Source of the DNA: a virus
Virus record (IMG/VR): IMGVR_UViG_3300048854_000232
Location: 96,618-160,617 of that record
Length of the DNA: 64,000 nt
Strand: one strand, 5' to 3'
A model generated the notes under the pieces. That model saw nothing but the letters and a program-made list of their open reading frames with translations. It made no database searches and was not told where the DNA came from. Below are positions 44,841 through 54,189 of this stretch, piece by piece. Position numbers and translations under genes: made by a program. Each line of letters opens with the position of its first letter. The stretch's first letter is position 1.

Positions 44841-47651
44841 TTAGTCGGGTATGGTCAGGTCAATCTGATTGCAGTAGGTCTTGAGGAAGGCTTCGACCTG
44901 CGCTGTGGTGAACAGCGATTCGTTCGCAGAGACCTCTTCATCGAACGCGTCCGCCGCCGCATCACCGCGTTCCGTGCGGATGAGGTCCGAGACTTCTGCG
45001 ATCATCAGCTGGGCTTGCTCCCCTTCCGCAATCTGGAGATTGGCCTTCTCACTCTTCACCCACTCGTGCAGGGTGGGGATATCGGCGTCACTGCCAGCGG
45101 CCATGATGATGAAGGTCTCTGCCAGATCCGCCAGCTGCTCGCCTTCCAACTGCTTAACGATGGCTTCCACCGCCTGTTGGCGTTGAAGATTCGCGTAGTC
45201 AGCGATTTCCTGCTCCACCGCTTCCGTAGCTGCCTTGATTCCTTCGGGCGAGGTGTCCTCACCGGCAAACATCGCTTCGAAGATCTTGGTGGCCACCCAC
45301 GCCTTGAGTGCGCGGGAGCCAACGGAAGGATCGGCTGCCAGAGCCCGGAAGGCCTCCAGCAAATCTTCTCGGCCCTCATCGCGTAGTTCTTTCTCCAAGG
45401 CCAAGATGGTGTTGTGCCGCTCGTGCTCGACCTTGAGGCGGCGATAGCCCCATTCGTGAACCTCTTGAGCGACCCAGCGACGGATATCGTCTTCCGATAC
45501 GTCCTTTTGCACGTAGGCTTCGAACTCCGCATCCCGATCGTAACAGCCGGAATCCCACAGGTGTTGCCGCTCCAAGGAGATCGTGGTCAGCCGTTGCTTC
45601 TGAAGCTCCGCCAGAGCGCTCTGGCGGTCCTCGGGATCTTCCTTGCGACTAACCCCGGGGTCAGCCATGACTTCCTGCCAGCGGGCTTGCTGCTCGGCCG
45701 CAGCCTGACGCTGCTCCTCGGTCTGTTCCGACAACGGAAAGCTTGTATAACCGCCATCACTGATCTCTTTGGCGAACTCAATGAGTCCGGCCATGGGATC
45801 TTCGACCTTGATCCCGTCCTCGAACTCCTCCTCCGGTTCCGGAGGCGTGCCCGCCAGTTCCGCGGCATCGCCGTGGTTGACTTGATTGGCCAGGGTGACC
45901 AGGTCCTTCAGCCCTTCGGACATTGAGAGCGTCGCAGTAGCGGACAGCGAGGTACCGGGCTGCTTCTCCAGGAAGAGCTGCAGCATCTCATCGAGCGTGG
46001 GCGCCTTGTAAATCGCGCAGCAGATCTCCACCGCGTTGACGTAGCCGCCGGAGAGGTTGATGCCCACCGCACGCTGGACCGTTTCCTCCACCCCCTCGAT
46101 CTTGCACAGCTCCTTAGCCGTGGTCTTCTTGGAGATGTTGGCGATAATCTCAACGTTGGGGTAGGTACCTTCCACGTCCAAGTCGGCCACGTGTGCCCGC
46201 ATCAAGGTTCGGACGTTGGGCAGTTCTTCCAACGCACAGATGCCCTCGTCGGTGACCAGGTAGGACGGCAGGGTGACGATCCAGTCGTTGATCGAGACCA
46301 CGTGCTGGTCCAGATCGTCCATCATCTTGTCCGAAGTCGTCGCCGCCACCAAAGGCGGGTTCTGTTCCAGACAGAAGAAGTGCAGGTCATCGCAGGTCCG
46401 ACGCGGCTGCGACGGGAAGCGATGGTACTCGGAGTGACCGCACAGGACCGAGATCATCTGGCCCAGATCGGTGGTCTTCTCATCGAGCTCTTCGGTGGAG
46501 ATGCAGTCGAACACGTTATAGACGCAGTACTCCAGCTTGTAGTTCTGCTGCATGAACGTGTGCCACTTACCGCCCACGTATTGGCTGGCTGCGTCGAACT
46601 TCAGCTTGCGAATGCCCAAGACCTTCTGCAGGATGTAGTCCAGCGAGTAGCTGGCTTCCTTACCGGCAGCGATACGGATCTTCAGGTAGACGCACATGGC
46701 ATCGAGAATGTAGAAGCTGGCCGGGCACTCGGCAACGTGCCAACGCTCGGCCGGATGCAACGGCAGCACCTTCCCGGACTGAGTGACCTTCTGCGCCGCA
46801 CCTTCGATGTAGCGGAAGTACTTGTACACCTGGGGGCAGGACGGATCGGAGAACACCTCGGCCAGGTTATAGCCTTCGTCTTCCAACACCTTGACCAGCT
46901 TGGGAATATCGAAGTTCATATTCCAAATGGTGAGGATGTCCGGCTTCCACTCGTGCGCGGTTTGGATGAGCTTGTAGGCCGCTTCACCCGGTGTCTTGGC
47001 TGTGACCACTTCAAGCTTGATGCCGCGCTTGGTCTGGTACTCGCCCAGGTACTCGGTGAACTTGGCCTGGAGCTTGTTGATCGGATCATCGATCCCGGCG
47101 AAGTAGGATTCCAAGACCACGATGCGTGCCTTGTCCTTCATCGTCACCGAACCCATGATCATCTTGCCATGGTCCGGGTGGTTGGTCGGCAGGACCATGT
47201 CCGTTTCGATATCGAGCACCGCCACGAGGTTGGTGCCACGGGCATGCAGGTCCGGCCACTTCTTCATGTACTCGTGCTTGATCAGCACCGGGGTAGTCAC
47301 GTCGAAGCCGTAGACGTAGGGGCTCCGGGCCACCATGCGCAGATTGCCAGACAGACCTGGGCGCTCCAAAGCGCGGCCAACGGCCTGCACGAGCTTGATC
47401 TGGGTGCTCGAGGATTTACGGGTACGGGATTCCAGTTCCCATTCTTTTTTGTCCTTATGAACGCGAAGCTCCTTCTTGGTCACCCAAAAAGGACGCTGGT
47501 AATTCTGCACGAAGCGCAGACGCGGCACCTTGGTACCGTCGTCGAAGTGTTCGTATTCCTTCACGACCAGACAGTCGTTCGGGCTGTTGTCGGTCGCGGT
47601 AAAGTACAGAGCGTGCTTGCACTCATGACCGATCTTGGTGGCCGTGGTCAT
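44841..47651 (-). CDS. Split family-B DNA polymerase, 3'-5' exonuclease/motif A subunit (phiKZ gp82-like), with a long acidic C-terminal extension
   Basis: ExoI LDIETD, ExoII WNMNFD, YSLDYI, ExoIII YNVFD and motif A DLDVEGTYP. Confidence 0.88.
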   Translation of the reverse strand: MTTATKIGHECKHALYFTATDNSPNDCLVVKEYEHFDDGTKVPRLRFVQNYQRPFWVTKKELRVHKDKKEWELESRTRKSSSTQIKLVQAVGRALERPGLSGNLRMVARSPYVYGFDVTTPVLIKHEYMKKWPDLHARGTNLVAVLDIETDMVLPTNHPDHGKMIMGSVTMKDKARIVVLESYFAGIDDPINKLQAKFTEYLGEYQTKRGIKLEVVTAKTPGEAAYKLIQTAHEWKPDILTIWNMNFDIPKLVKVLEDEGYNLAEVFSDPSCPQVYKYFRYIEGAAQKVTQSGKVLPLHPAERWHVAECPASFYILDAMCVYLKIRIAAGKEASYSLDYILQKVLGIRKLKFDAASQYVGGKWHTFMQQNYKLEYCVYNVFDCISTEELDEKTTDLGQMISVLCGHSEYHRFPSQPRRTCDDLHFFCLEQNPPLVAATTSDKMMDDLDQHVVSINDWIVTLPSYLVTDEGICALEELPNVRTLMRAHVADLDVEGTYPNVEIIANISKKTTAKELCKIEGVEETVQRAVGINLSGGYVNAVEICCAIYKAPTLDEMLQLFLEKQPGTSLSATATLSMSEGLKDLVTLANQVNHGDAAELAGTPPEPEEEFEDGIKVEDPMAGLIEFAKEISDGGYTSFPLSEQTEEQRQAAAEQQARWQEVMADPGVSRKEDPEDRQSALAELQKQRLTTISLERQHLWDSGCYDRDAEFEAYVQKDVSEDDIRRWVAQEVHEWGYRRLKVEHERHNTILALEKELRDEGREDLLEAFRALAADPSVGSRALKAWVATKIFEAMFAGEDTSPEGIKAATEAVEQEIADYANLQRQQAVEAIVKQLEGEQLADLAETFIIMAAGSDADIPTLHEWVKSEKANLQIAEGEQAQLMIAEVSDLIRTERGDAAADAFDEEVSANESLFTTAQVEAFLKTYCNQIDLTIPD

Positions 47652-47759
47652 TGGAGATAACCTTATTCTGGGGTATGGCTCGGGCTGGGTATATCATCAA
47701 TATGAACCGTACTTTTTCACAACCCTTCCCTTAACTTTGCGCCTTTGGGGTACCAACCC

Positions 47760-49073
47760 ATGAATTACATTGCCGCGCACCTACGACCGTCCATGGAGGC
47801 GATTCGATATCAGGGCAATTCGGGGTTGTTTACCGAACTGACCCTGGCCATTCGCCAGCTCCAGGACAGTGGTGACTTCTCCGTCGAAGCCGTGGACCGG
47901 ATGAAGATCCCGGCCATCATCTACAAGTACACCCGGATCAGCACGACCTTTGCCGTCTCCACCGAGGCCGGCACAGACAACGCGTTCTGTATCTTCCCGG
48001 TGGTCAACGTCAATAGCCCGCTCCTGGCGGACTGGCGTGCCCAACACCCCCAGTGGCTGTCTGGACAGTTCGTGACGCTGGATAAGGTCATGAAGTACTC
48101 TGACACCCTGCGCGGTCAGATTGACCTCAGTACCGGTAAGGTGTCTGGCGTGTTCAGTAAGCTGATTGCCCATGTGGCGATCGGTCCGGGCCTACTCAAC
48201 AAAACATCGTTCCTGGCCCAGGAAACCGCGGCGCTGATCCTGCACGAGGTGGGCCACATGTTCACCTACCTGGAGAAGCTCGCCGGCACGGTGTCGATCA
48301 ATATGGCCATTGCCACGGCCTCTGCGGCGCTGGCTAACCAGAAGGATCCGAAGATCCGCCTGGAGCTGGTCTACGAAGCCCAGCAAGCCCTGCGTATCAA
48401 GCTGGATGACCCTCAGGCCATGGCCGATGTCAAGGAGCCGGAGATCTTCCAGGCCCTGCTGCTCAAATCCACAGTGGACACCTACACCCACTCGGCTGGC
48501 AACGCTGCCACCTACGACCTGCGCTCGTGTGAGTTCTTGTCCGACCAGTTCGCCGCCCGTCATGGCGCTGGTCGTTACCTGGCCATCGGCCTGGACAAGA
48601 TCATGCGCAAGTACCACAAGGACGCCTATCGGGGCAACGCGACCTTCGCCATGGTCGAGGCCACCAAGGCCGCGATGACCGTGTTGTCGCTGCTGTTGCC
48701 GATGACGGCCCTCGCCGGGGCCCTGAACCTCGCTGGCGTGCTGCTCATGCTCTTCGCTGGAGATCCGGAGGCACGGATCTACGATCAGCCCGGCGAGCGT
48801 CTGGGACGCATCAAGAACGATCTGGTGCAGGTGCTCAAAGATACCTCGCTGAAGCCCTCGCTTCGCAAAACCCTGGTGGACGACATCGAAGTGATCGACG
48901 CGCTGCGTGAGCAGTTCAAAGACCACCGCACGTTGTTCAACCACCTGTGGATCGCCCTGACTTCCAAACGTCGAGAGCAGTACTCCCAACTGCGTCTGCA
49001 GCAGCAGCTCGAAGGCCTCATCAACAACGACTTGTTCGTCCAAGCGTCCAAGCTTCAAACCCTCGCCAAGTGA
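47760..49073 (+). CDS. Virion head protein with a zincin-like HExxH motif and a hydrophobic hairpin
   Basis: SME head-protease-type site near the N-terminus; ILHEVGH…CEFLSD; hydrophobic segment ~aa 300-335; TATG upstream at 47701. Confidence 0.75.
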   Translation: MNYIAAHLRPSMEAIRYQGNSGLFTELTLAIRQLQDSGDFSVEAVDRMKIPAIIYKYTRISTTFAVSTEAGTDNAFCIFPVVNVNSPLLADWRAQHPQWLSGQFVTLDKVMKYSDTLRGQIDLSTGKVSGVFSKLIAHVAIGPGLLNKTSFLAQETAALILHEVGHMFTYLEKLAGTVSINMAIATASAALANQKDPKIRLELVYEAQQALRIKLDDPQAMADVKEPEIFQALLLKSTVDTYTHSAGNAATYDLRSCEFLSDQFAARHGAGRYLAIGLDKIMRKYHKDAYRGNATFAMVEATKAAMTVLSLLLPMTALAGALNLAGVLLMLFAGDPEARIYDQPGERLGRIKNDLVQVLKDTSLKPSLRKTLVDDIEVIDALREQFKDHRTLFNHLWIALTSKRREQYSQLRLQQQLEGLINNDLFVQASKLQTLAK

Positions 49074-49089
49074 AGGAACCTGTAAGCCC

Positions 49090-49530
49090 ATGAAAATCGA
49101 TACCCAGTCCCTCCAGGCCGAGCTGACCAGCGCGGGCGTGCCCCTGGCCGAACGCGGCAGCTTCATGAGCATCGGCCTGGCCCGTGCCATCGCCTATCGC
49201 CTGCCGCTGCCTGCCGCGCCGGTCGCTGACCCGCGCGAGTTCTACGTCGAGTCCTGCCAGCCGACCGTCCAGCAGATGGCCGGTGCCGCCAACGAAACCT
49301 GCGTGGTCGACATCGACGCGATCACCGAGCTGACCTACCAGCTGTGGTTCTTCCGCTACCAGGTCTGCCATGTCGGTGGCCGTGACGAATCGGTCGCCCA
49401 GGTCATGGACGGCATGGTGCGCGGTAACGCCAACGTCGCCCCCGCCATCGCCGAAGCCGTGGTCAGCACCGAGAACATGAAGTTCAACGCCCTGGCCGCT
49501 CACGTCATCGGCAAAGCCATCAAGGAGTAA
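49090..49530 (+). CDS. Putative virion protein
   Basis: Strong codon bias; in a structural operon. Confidence 0.75.
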   Translation: MKIDTQSLQAELTSAGVPLAERGSFMSIGLARAIAYRLPLPAAPVADPREFYVESCQPTVQQMAGAANETCVVDIDAITELTYQLWFFRYQVCHVGGRDESVAQVMDGMVRGNANVAPAIAEAVVSTENMKFNALAAHVIGKAIKE

Positions 49531-49533
49531 GCC

Positions 49534-50814
49534 ATGCACTTCCCCAGTTTGGAAGAGCTCGACTTCTCTGCCGAGTCCTTGGCGGTTAGCCAGGTGGGCG
49601 ATGCGCTGAAGGTTCTGGACGACCACTACGACGAGATTGCTCGCGTGGGTGGGATCTCCCGTCCCCAGGCGCAGTCCCTCGTGGCCGAGTGCGGTGCCCA
49701 GTTCGGTAACCGTTACCCGCTCGAGAGCTTCAGCCAGATCCCCAGCACGACGAACCTGTCGGTGGCCATGGAAGGGATCATCGAGGCCGGCGGTAAGCTC
49801 CTCATGGACCTGCTGCGTCGGGCTGCGGCCCTGCTCATGCAGATCATCCGCTGGTGCATCGACCTGGTCAAAGCCCAGACCGCCCGTGCCAAGCAGTTCA
49901 TGCGAGTCCACCACAACCTCGAAGTCGTGCACGGTCAGAACGAAGTGCTGCGGACCTCGGGCGTGATCAAGGGTCCGGACTCCCCGACCAGCTCGACCCC
50001 GAAGGAACTGCTCGAAGCCAGCGAACGCCTGGAGACCGCGACCAAGAACTACGAAGAGACGGCCAACCGCCTGACCTCGGACATTCTGGAACACGGCCCG
50101 ATGGGTCAGATGGTGCGCGAGCTTTCCGTTGCTGTCCTGGGTATCCTGCCCAAGGTCGAGGAGAAGCTGAAGCTGTTCGAGCACGTCCTGACCAGCCCCA
50201 GCCACACCGGTGCCGGCGAAGACCTCGCCCAGTACTCGCAGCTGAAGACCGTCGCTACTCCCATCGACACCGCGGGCCTGGCCCGTTCGGTCGGTCGTTA
50301 CTTCCACGATGACCACAACACCGGTTCGGTCGGCGGCATGCTGAACGCGGTCTACCGTGCGTTGGCTGACATGACCACCGAGGGCGGGGAAGACCGTCCG
50401 GGCATCGACCAGGTCGTCGCGATCGTCTCCGATCCGAAGGGTCAGTTCGCTGCCCCGTTCGTGGTCGTGCCCGATCAGGCGGCCCGTCAGCTGGAAGCGA
50501 TGGAACACCGTCTGCGTCGTCTGCAGTCGATCGAACCCTCCAACCAGGCTACGGACAAGATCCGTGCTGCGTTCCAGGAAGCGATCTCCTCAGTCACCGA
50601 CGACATCCAGGGCCTGCGTTCGTACTTCCTCGCGGTGCGTCTGTGCATCTCGGCCCAGGAACGTCTGCTCCATGACGCCCTCGCCTATGAGACGGCCCTG
50701 TTCGAACTGAACCGCATCCGTGCGTCGCTCAGCAAGAACAGCGAAGCCATCGAAGCGGTGAACAAGGCCATCGATGTGATCTCGTCGCGCGCTCGCCAGT
50801 CCGGCGGCGTGTAA
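49534..50814 (+). CDS. Putative internal head protein
   Basis: AAGGAG RBS; SLE, SAE and AME [S/A/G]-x-E cleavage-type sites in the N-terminal propeptide. Confidence 0.75.
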   Translation: MHFPSLEELDFSAESLAVSQVGDALKVLDDHYDEIARVGGISRPQAQSLVAECGAQFGNRYPLESFSQIPSTTNLSVAMEGIIEAGGKLLMDLLRRAAALLMQIIRWCIDLVKAQTARAKQFMRVHHNLEVVHGQNEVLRTSGVIKGPDSPTSSTPKELLEASERLETATKNYEETANRLTSDILEHGPMGQMVRELSVAVLGILPKVEEKLKLFEHVLTSPSHTGAGEDLAQYSQLKTVATPIDTAGLARSVGRYFHDDHNTGSVGGMLNAVYRALADMTTEGGEDRPGIDQVVAIVSDPKGQFAAPFVVVPDQAARQLEAMEHRLRRLQSIEPSNQATDKIRAAFQEAISSVTDDIQGLRSYFLAVRLCISAQERLLHDALAYETALFELNRIRASLSKNSEAIEAVNKAIDVISSRARQSGGV

Positions 50815-50862
50815 CGGCATAAGCCCTCCTACCCCGCAAAGGGTAGGAGGGCGTTTTATGCG
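50815..50862. terminator. CGGCATAA-hairpin-TTTTATGC bidirectional element
   Basis: GCCCTCCTACCC/GGGTAGGAGGGC stem. Confidence 0.75.
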
Positions 50863-51011
50863 TCAGGGTCCGCAGGCCGCGGTGGCGGTACGGTGATCGA
50901 GCGAATCGCCGGAGGCTTCTCCGGTTTCCGACGCCACACCGGCCAAAGTAACAGGGCCAGTACAATCGCCACCAACAGCACGTAAGCAAGCACTACTTGG
51001 GCGATTAACAT
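50856..51011 (-). CDS. Small single-TM membrane protein (MLIAQVVLAYVLLVAIVLALLLWPVWRRK…PDA, 51 aa)
   Basis: GAGGAG RBS; hydrophobic helix followed by basic residues; below the track's size cut-off. Confidence 0.65.
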   Translation of the reverse strand: MLIAQVVLAYVLLVAIVLALLLWPVWRRKPEKPPAIRSITVPPPRPADPDA

Positions 51012-51025
51012 ACGGGCTCCTCGGG

Positions 51026-51583
51026 TTAGGCCTGGTGGTAGAAGCCGACGATGCGTTGGACTACATTATTGTCGACGATGCCAGCCAGGAGCTGACGCAT
51101 GTCCAGCTGCTTGAGCGAGTACTGACGCGTGGTCGGATCGCAGGTGGTCAGCAGCAGGTGCAGGGTCCGCTCGAAGTTCCGCCGATCGCTGGAGGGACGG
51201 AACTGGTCGGTGAAGCGGTTGACGTAGGCCTCGGAGAACACCCCCTGGCGGTTGTCGTTGACGACCTTCAGCAGACGGCCCCACAGCGCGGTGAACTCGG
51301 CGCCATCCCGGCCCATGACCCACTGCAGGGTCCGCCACAGCTGGATCTGCTGGATCGCACCGTCGGCCGGATCGATGGCCCGGCTCTTGGCCATGTTGGT
51401 CAGGTAGTTGTCCAGCCGCTCCTGCAGGGAGTTCAGGCTCATCTCGACCACGTTGGGCTTGCCGGCATCGGCCAGCGGGGTAGCCGGCAAGGGTTTCAAC
51501 GCCGCGTCGGCGGCGACCTTCTCGATCGCGCTGGTCGGCTTGGCCGCGGCCGGAGCCGGGCTCTTGGTATTAGTGTCGGACAT
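51026..51583 (-). CDS. Conserved protein (phiKZ gp79-like by position)
   Basis: AGGA RBS at MSDTNTK; same operon as the vRNAP beta' fragment. Confidence 0.7.
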   Translation of the reverse strand: MSDTNTKSPAPAAAKPTSAIEKVAADAALKPLPATPLADAGKPNVVEMSLNSLQERLDNYLTNMAKSRAIDPADGAIQQIQLWRTLQWVMGRDGAEFTALWGRLLKVVNDNRQGVFSEAYVNRFTDQFRPSSDRRNFERTLHLLLTTCDPTTRQYSLKQLDMRQLLAGIVDNNVVQRIVGFYHQA

Positions 51584-51938
51584 GGGTAATGTTCCTGGCG
51601 GTGAAGTTGCGAGCGATGCGGGGCTTGTAGCCACCGTTCAGCAGCAGGCCCTGATCCAGAAGCTCGGCCGCCATATCGCACATGGCGTTCTCGGCGTCCT
51701 GGTCAGAGGCAGCATCGAAGATCACGACCTCGATGCGCTCATGCGCTAGAGCCGGGTCCGCATCGTAAAGTTTCTGCAGCTCGGAGTTCGAATGCAGTCC
51801 GGAGTAAAGCTTACGCGGGTGGAACAACGGCATGTCGTCGAGGTTCTTGGACACGCCCACGTAACAACGCCCGGAGGCCTTGTGGGTAACGCAGTAATAG
51901 CCGGTACGCGGTTGGCGACCTTTGGAGAGGGTGGGCAT
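51570..51938 (-). CDS. Short GIY-YIG-like domain protein
   Basis: GYYCVTHKASGRCYVGVS…H.N.ELQ…E…LLN; host-like codon usage. Confidence 0.7.
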   Translation of the reverse strand: MPTLSKGRQPRTGYYCVTHKASGRCYVGVSKNLDDMPLFHPRKLYSGLHSNSELQKLYDADPALAHERIEVVIFDAASDQDAENAMCDMAAELLDQGLLLNGGYKPRIARNFTARNITHVRH

Positions 51939-51992
51939 CGTACGGGATCCGTGAAGGTTAGACAGCACAGCATCCGCAGTGCCCGTCACGAT

Positions 51993-52838
51993 TTACGTCA
52001 CCGCCCGTCGCGCATACGGATCATCGGTCGGTCCCTTACCCCGATCCAAGAAACGATAAGTAGGAAACTTCGCACTACGCACGCGATTGAACACCGTCTT
52101 CGGCGAGATACTGAGCTGCTCCGCAGCCGCCTTAACCCCATCGTACTTGACCCCATCGATCTCAACGGGTTTAGCGTTGGGGTTACCGGCACCCTGGATA
52201 GCTTCTTTGGCGCCAGGTCGAGCCCAGCGTTCCAGACTCTGTTTTGAGACCCGCTGGCTATAAGCCGGTCCATTATCCCGCAGCCATTGCCTCCAACCTT
52301 CCACCTGACGTCGAATCACCTCTGAATGGGCCATGTGATGACTGATGGGAGAACGCGCATTCAGGACGTTATTCAAAAGCTTCTCGGGTGGGTAGATGTC
52401 CATCTCACCCTGCTCCAATTCAAAAGCTTGATCCTTCGTGGGGCAGATCACGGCGCTCCATTTCCAGTTGTCCATAACCGGGTCGTTGTTCCACAGCTCC
52501 TGCAGTTTACGACTCGGGTGTTTGTTGTTGCGCAACTGGGACAAATGTTGCGCTCGTCGATAAACGAAATACCCGGTCATTCCGACGTAAGCGCACCCCG
52601 ATGGTAAGTGCATGAACGTGTAGGCGACCCACTGTACCGTTCGCCGAGTTTTTGTGCGGCGCTCTTCCAAAGCTCGTGGCACCGGCAGCCCATCTGTGTA
52701 ATACCAATCCTTGTATTTGGATTTATTAGAAACCAGGCGACTCCAGACCAAATTTGAATCGATACCCAACACCCGAGCAGCCTCGGACATACTGGGATAG
52801 TCCTTTCCATTAATACGTACTGGGCGCATAGCAGGCAT
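51993..52838 (-). CDS. Free-standing GIY-YIG homing endonuclease with N- and C-terminal NUMOD1/HTH-like repeats
   Basis: VAYTFMHLPSGCAYVGMT…RRAQH…E…N core; PVRINGKDYPSMSEAAR and PVEIDGVKYDGVKAAAE repeats; AT-richer than flanks. Confidence 0.85.
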   Translation of the reverse strand: MPAMRPVRINGKDYPSMSEAARVLGIDSNLVWSRLVSNKSKYKDWYYTDGLPVPRALEERRTKTRRTVQWVAYTFMHLPSGCAYVGMTGYFVYRRAQHLSQLRNNKHPSRKLQELWNNDPVMDNWKWSAVICPTKDQAFELEQGEMDIYPPEKLLNNVLNARSPISHHMAHSEVIRRQVEGWRQWLRDNGPAYSQRVSKQSLERWARPGAKEAIQGAGNPNAKPVEIDGVKYDGVKAAAEQLSISPKTVFNRVRSAKFPTYRFLDRGKGPTDDPYARRAVT

Positions 52839-52887
52839 GACAATGGTACTCCTTTTGGGATTATACCATTGCCATGCATGTATGTTT

Positions 52888-54189
52888 TTACGTTATGCGA
52901 GATTTCAGGTCGTATTTGGCAGTAACCAATGCCTTGCCATGCATACTAGCCATGAACGTCGATAAGAAGATCGAACCCACGTCGGCTGCGTACGTCGAGA
53001 TGGCCGTCGGCGTCTCCGCAATGCGCTTACCCATGCAGGTGGCGCAGAAGTTGATGCCGGGGGTCTTGCAGTAGGCAGGCGAGCGCAGCAGGACTTTCTT
53101 GTCCACGTACTGATTCACGTTCTCCTCGGTCAGTTCCACCAAGCCCGTAGGCGTGATGATCGAGCTGGAGACATAGAACGAGGCCTTGTCCTTTTCGATG
53201 ATCACCGGCAGGCCCATCTTGGTCCCGCAATCCAAGCCCTCGACCACCGTGTTCTGAAAGATACGGTAGTTGAACTTGGTCGCTTCACCACCAAGGGCAG
53301 TCTGGGCACCACGGTTGTACGAGCCGTCACGCAGGGCGTTACCCATCGCAGGGAGGTTATCGATGTCCCAGCCATCGGCCAGGGAGGTCTCGATGAACGG
53401 AGAGTCCGAGCCAAAGCCCGACTCCTTACCTTGGAACAGGAAGAGCTTCTTACGCACCACGTCGAAGGACTTGCTCTTGATGAAGAAGCCTTCGGAGGAG
53501 TCGCCCTTGATCCACGCCTTGTCCATGGCGATGAGCTCGTTACCGATCTTGGCCTGGATGACCGGATCGTGCAGCTGGTCACGGTACTCGTCCAGGAGTT
53601 CCTTCCGACGCACGGCGATGCGCGGGTCGGTGGTCATGGTCTTAGCCGAAGCCGAGGGCACACACAGCTGGGTGTAGCCGGCCAGGGAGAAGATTGCCTC
53701 GTTGTACTTGCGGTACTCATCGACGTAGATAAAACGCGGGTCGCGTTCCTTACCGTCCTTGGGGTTATCGCGCAAGCGCTGCTCGATGATCTTCTCGATG
53801 CGTCCTGGGGAGATCTTCCCTTCCATGTAATCGATCTTGTCGCCGAACGGGTAGACCAGGCACAGCTGGTTCACCAGCAGGTTACCGTAGGTCGTGGTGA
53901 TCGGCGCTTTGATGTTCGGCAGGTCGCCCACACCGACCACCACCTCCTCACGGAAATGGAACGCTGGTTCGTTGGGCAGGCAGCCTTCCAGGTACGTGAC
54001 CACCTCGTCCTGACCGATATAGACGAAAGGCTTACCTTCCTCGTTCCGGTGCAGCGCGAACGCCACGACGCCATCACCGCCGGGCCAGGGCTTGCTGTTA
54101 CGGGTGACGCTGAAGGCCTCGATGACCCAGCGCTTGTAGCGATAGGCGCCGGAAGCCAGCGCCTGGAGAAAGAAGTCGCGCTTATGCAT
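52888..54189 (-). CDS. Virion RNAP beta' middle subunit (phiKZ gp80-like)
   Basis: GSYNRGAQTALGG (bridge helix), DCGT, RSPAYC…FCATCMG and MASMHG (trigger loop). Confidence 0.88.
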   Translation of the reverse strand: MHKRDFFLQALASGAYRYKRWVIEAFSVTRNSKPWPGGDGVVAFALHRNEEGKPFVYIGQDEVVTYLEGCLPNEPAFHFREEVVVGVGDLPNIKAPITTTYGNLLVNQLCLVYPFGDKIDYMEGKISPGRIEKIIEQRLRDNPKDGKERDPRFIYVDEYRKYNEAIFSLAGYTQLCVPSASAKTMTTDPRIAVRRKELLDEYRDQLHDPVIQAKIGNELIAMDKAWIKGDSSEGFFIKSKSFDVVRKKLFLFQGKESGFGSDSPFIETSLADGWDIDNLPAMGNALRDGSYNRGAQTALGGEATKFNYRIFQNTVVEGLDCGTKMGLPVIIEKDKASFYVSSSIITPTGLVELTEENVNQYVDKKVLLRSPAYCKTPGINFCATCMGKRIAETPTAISTYAADVGSIFLSTFMASMHGKALVTAKYDLKSRIT

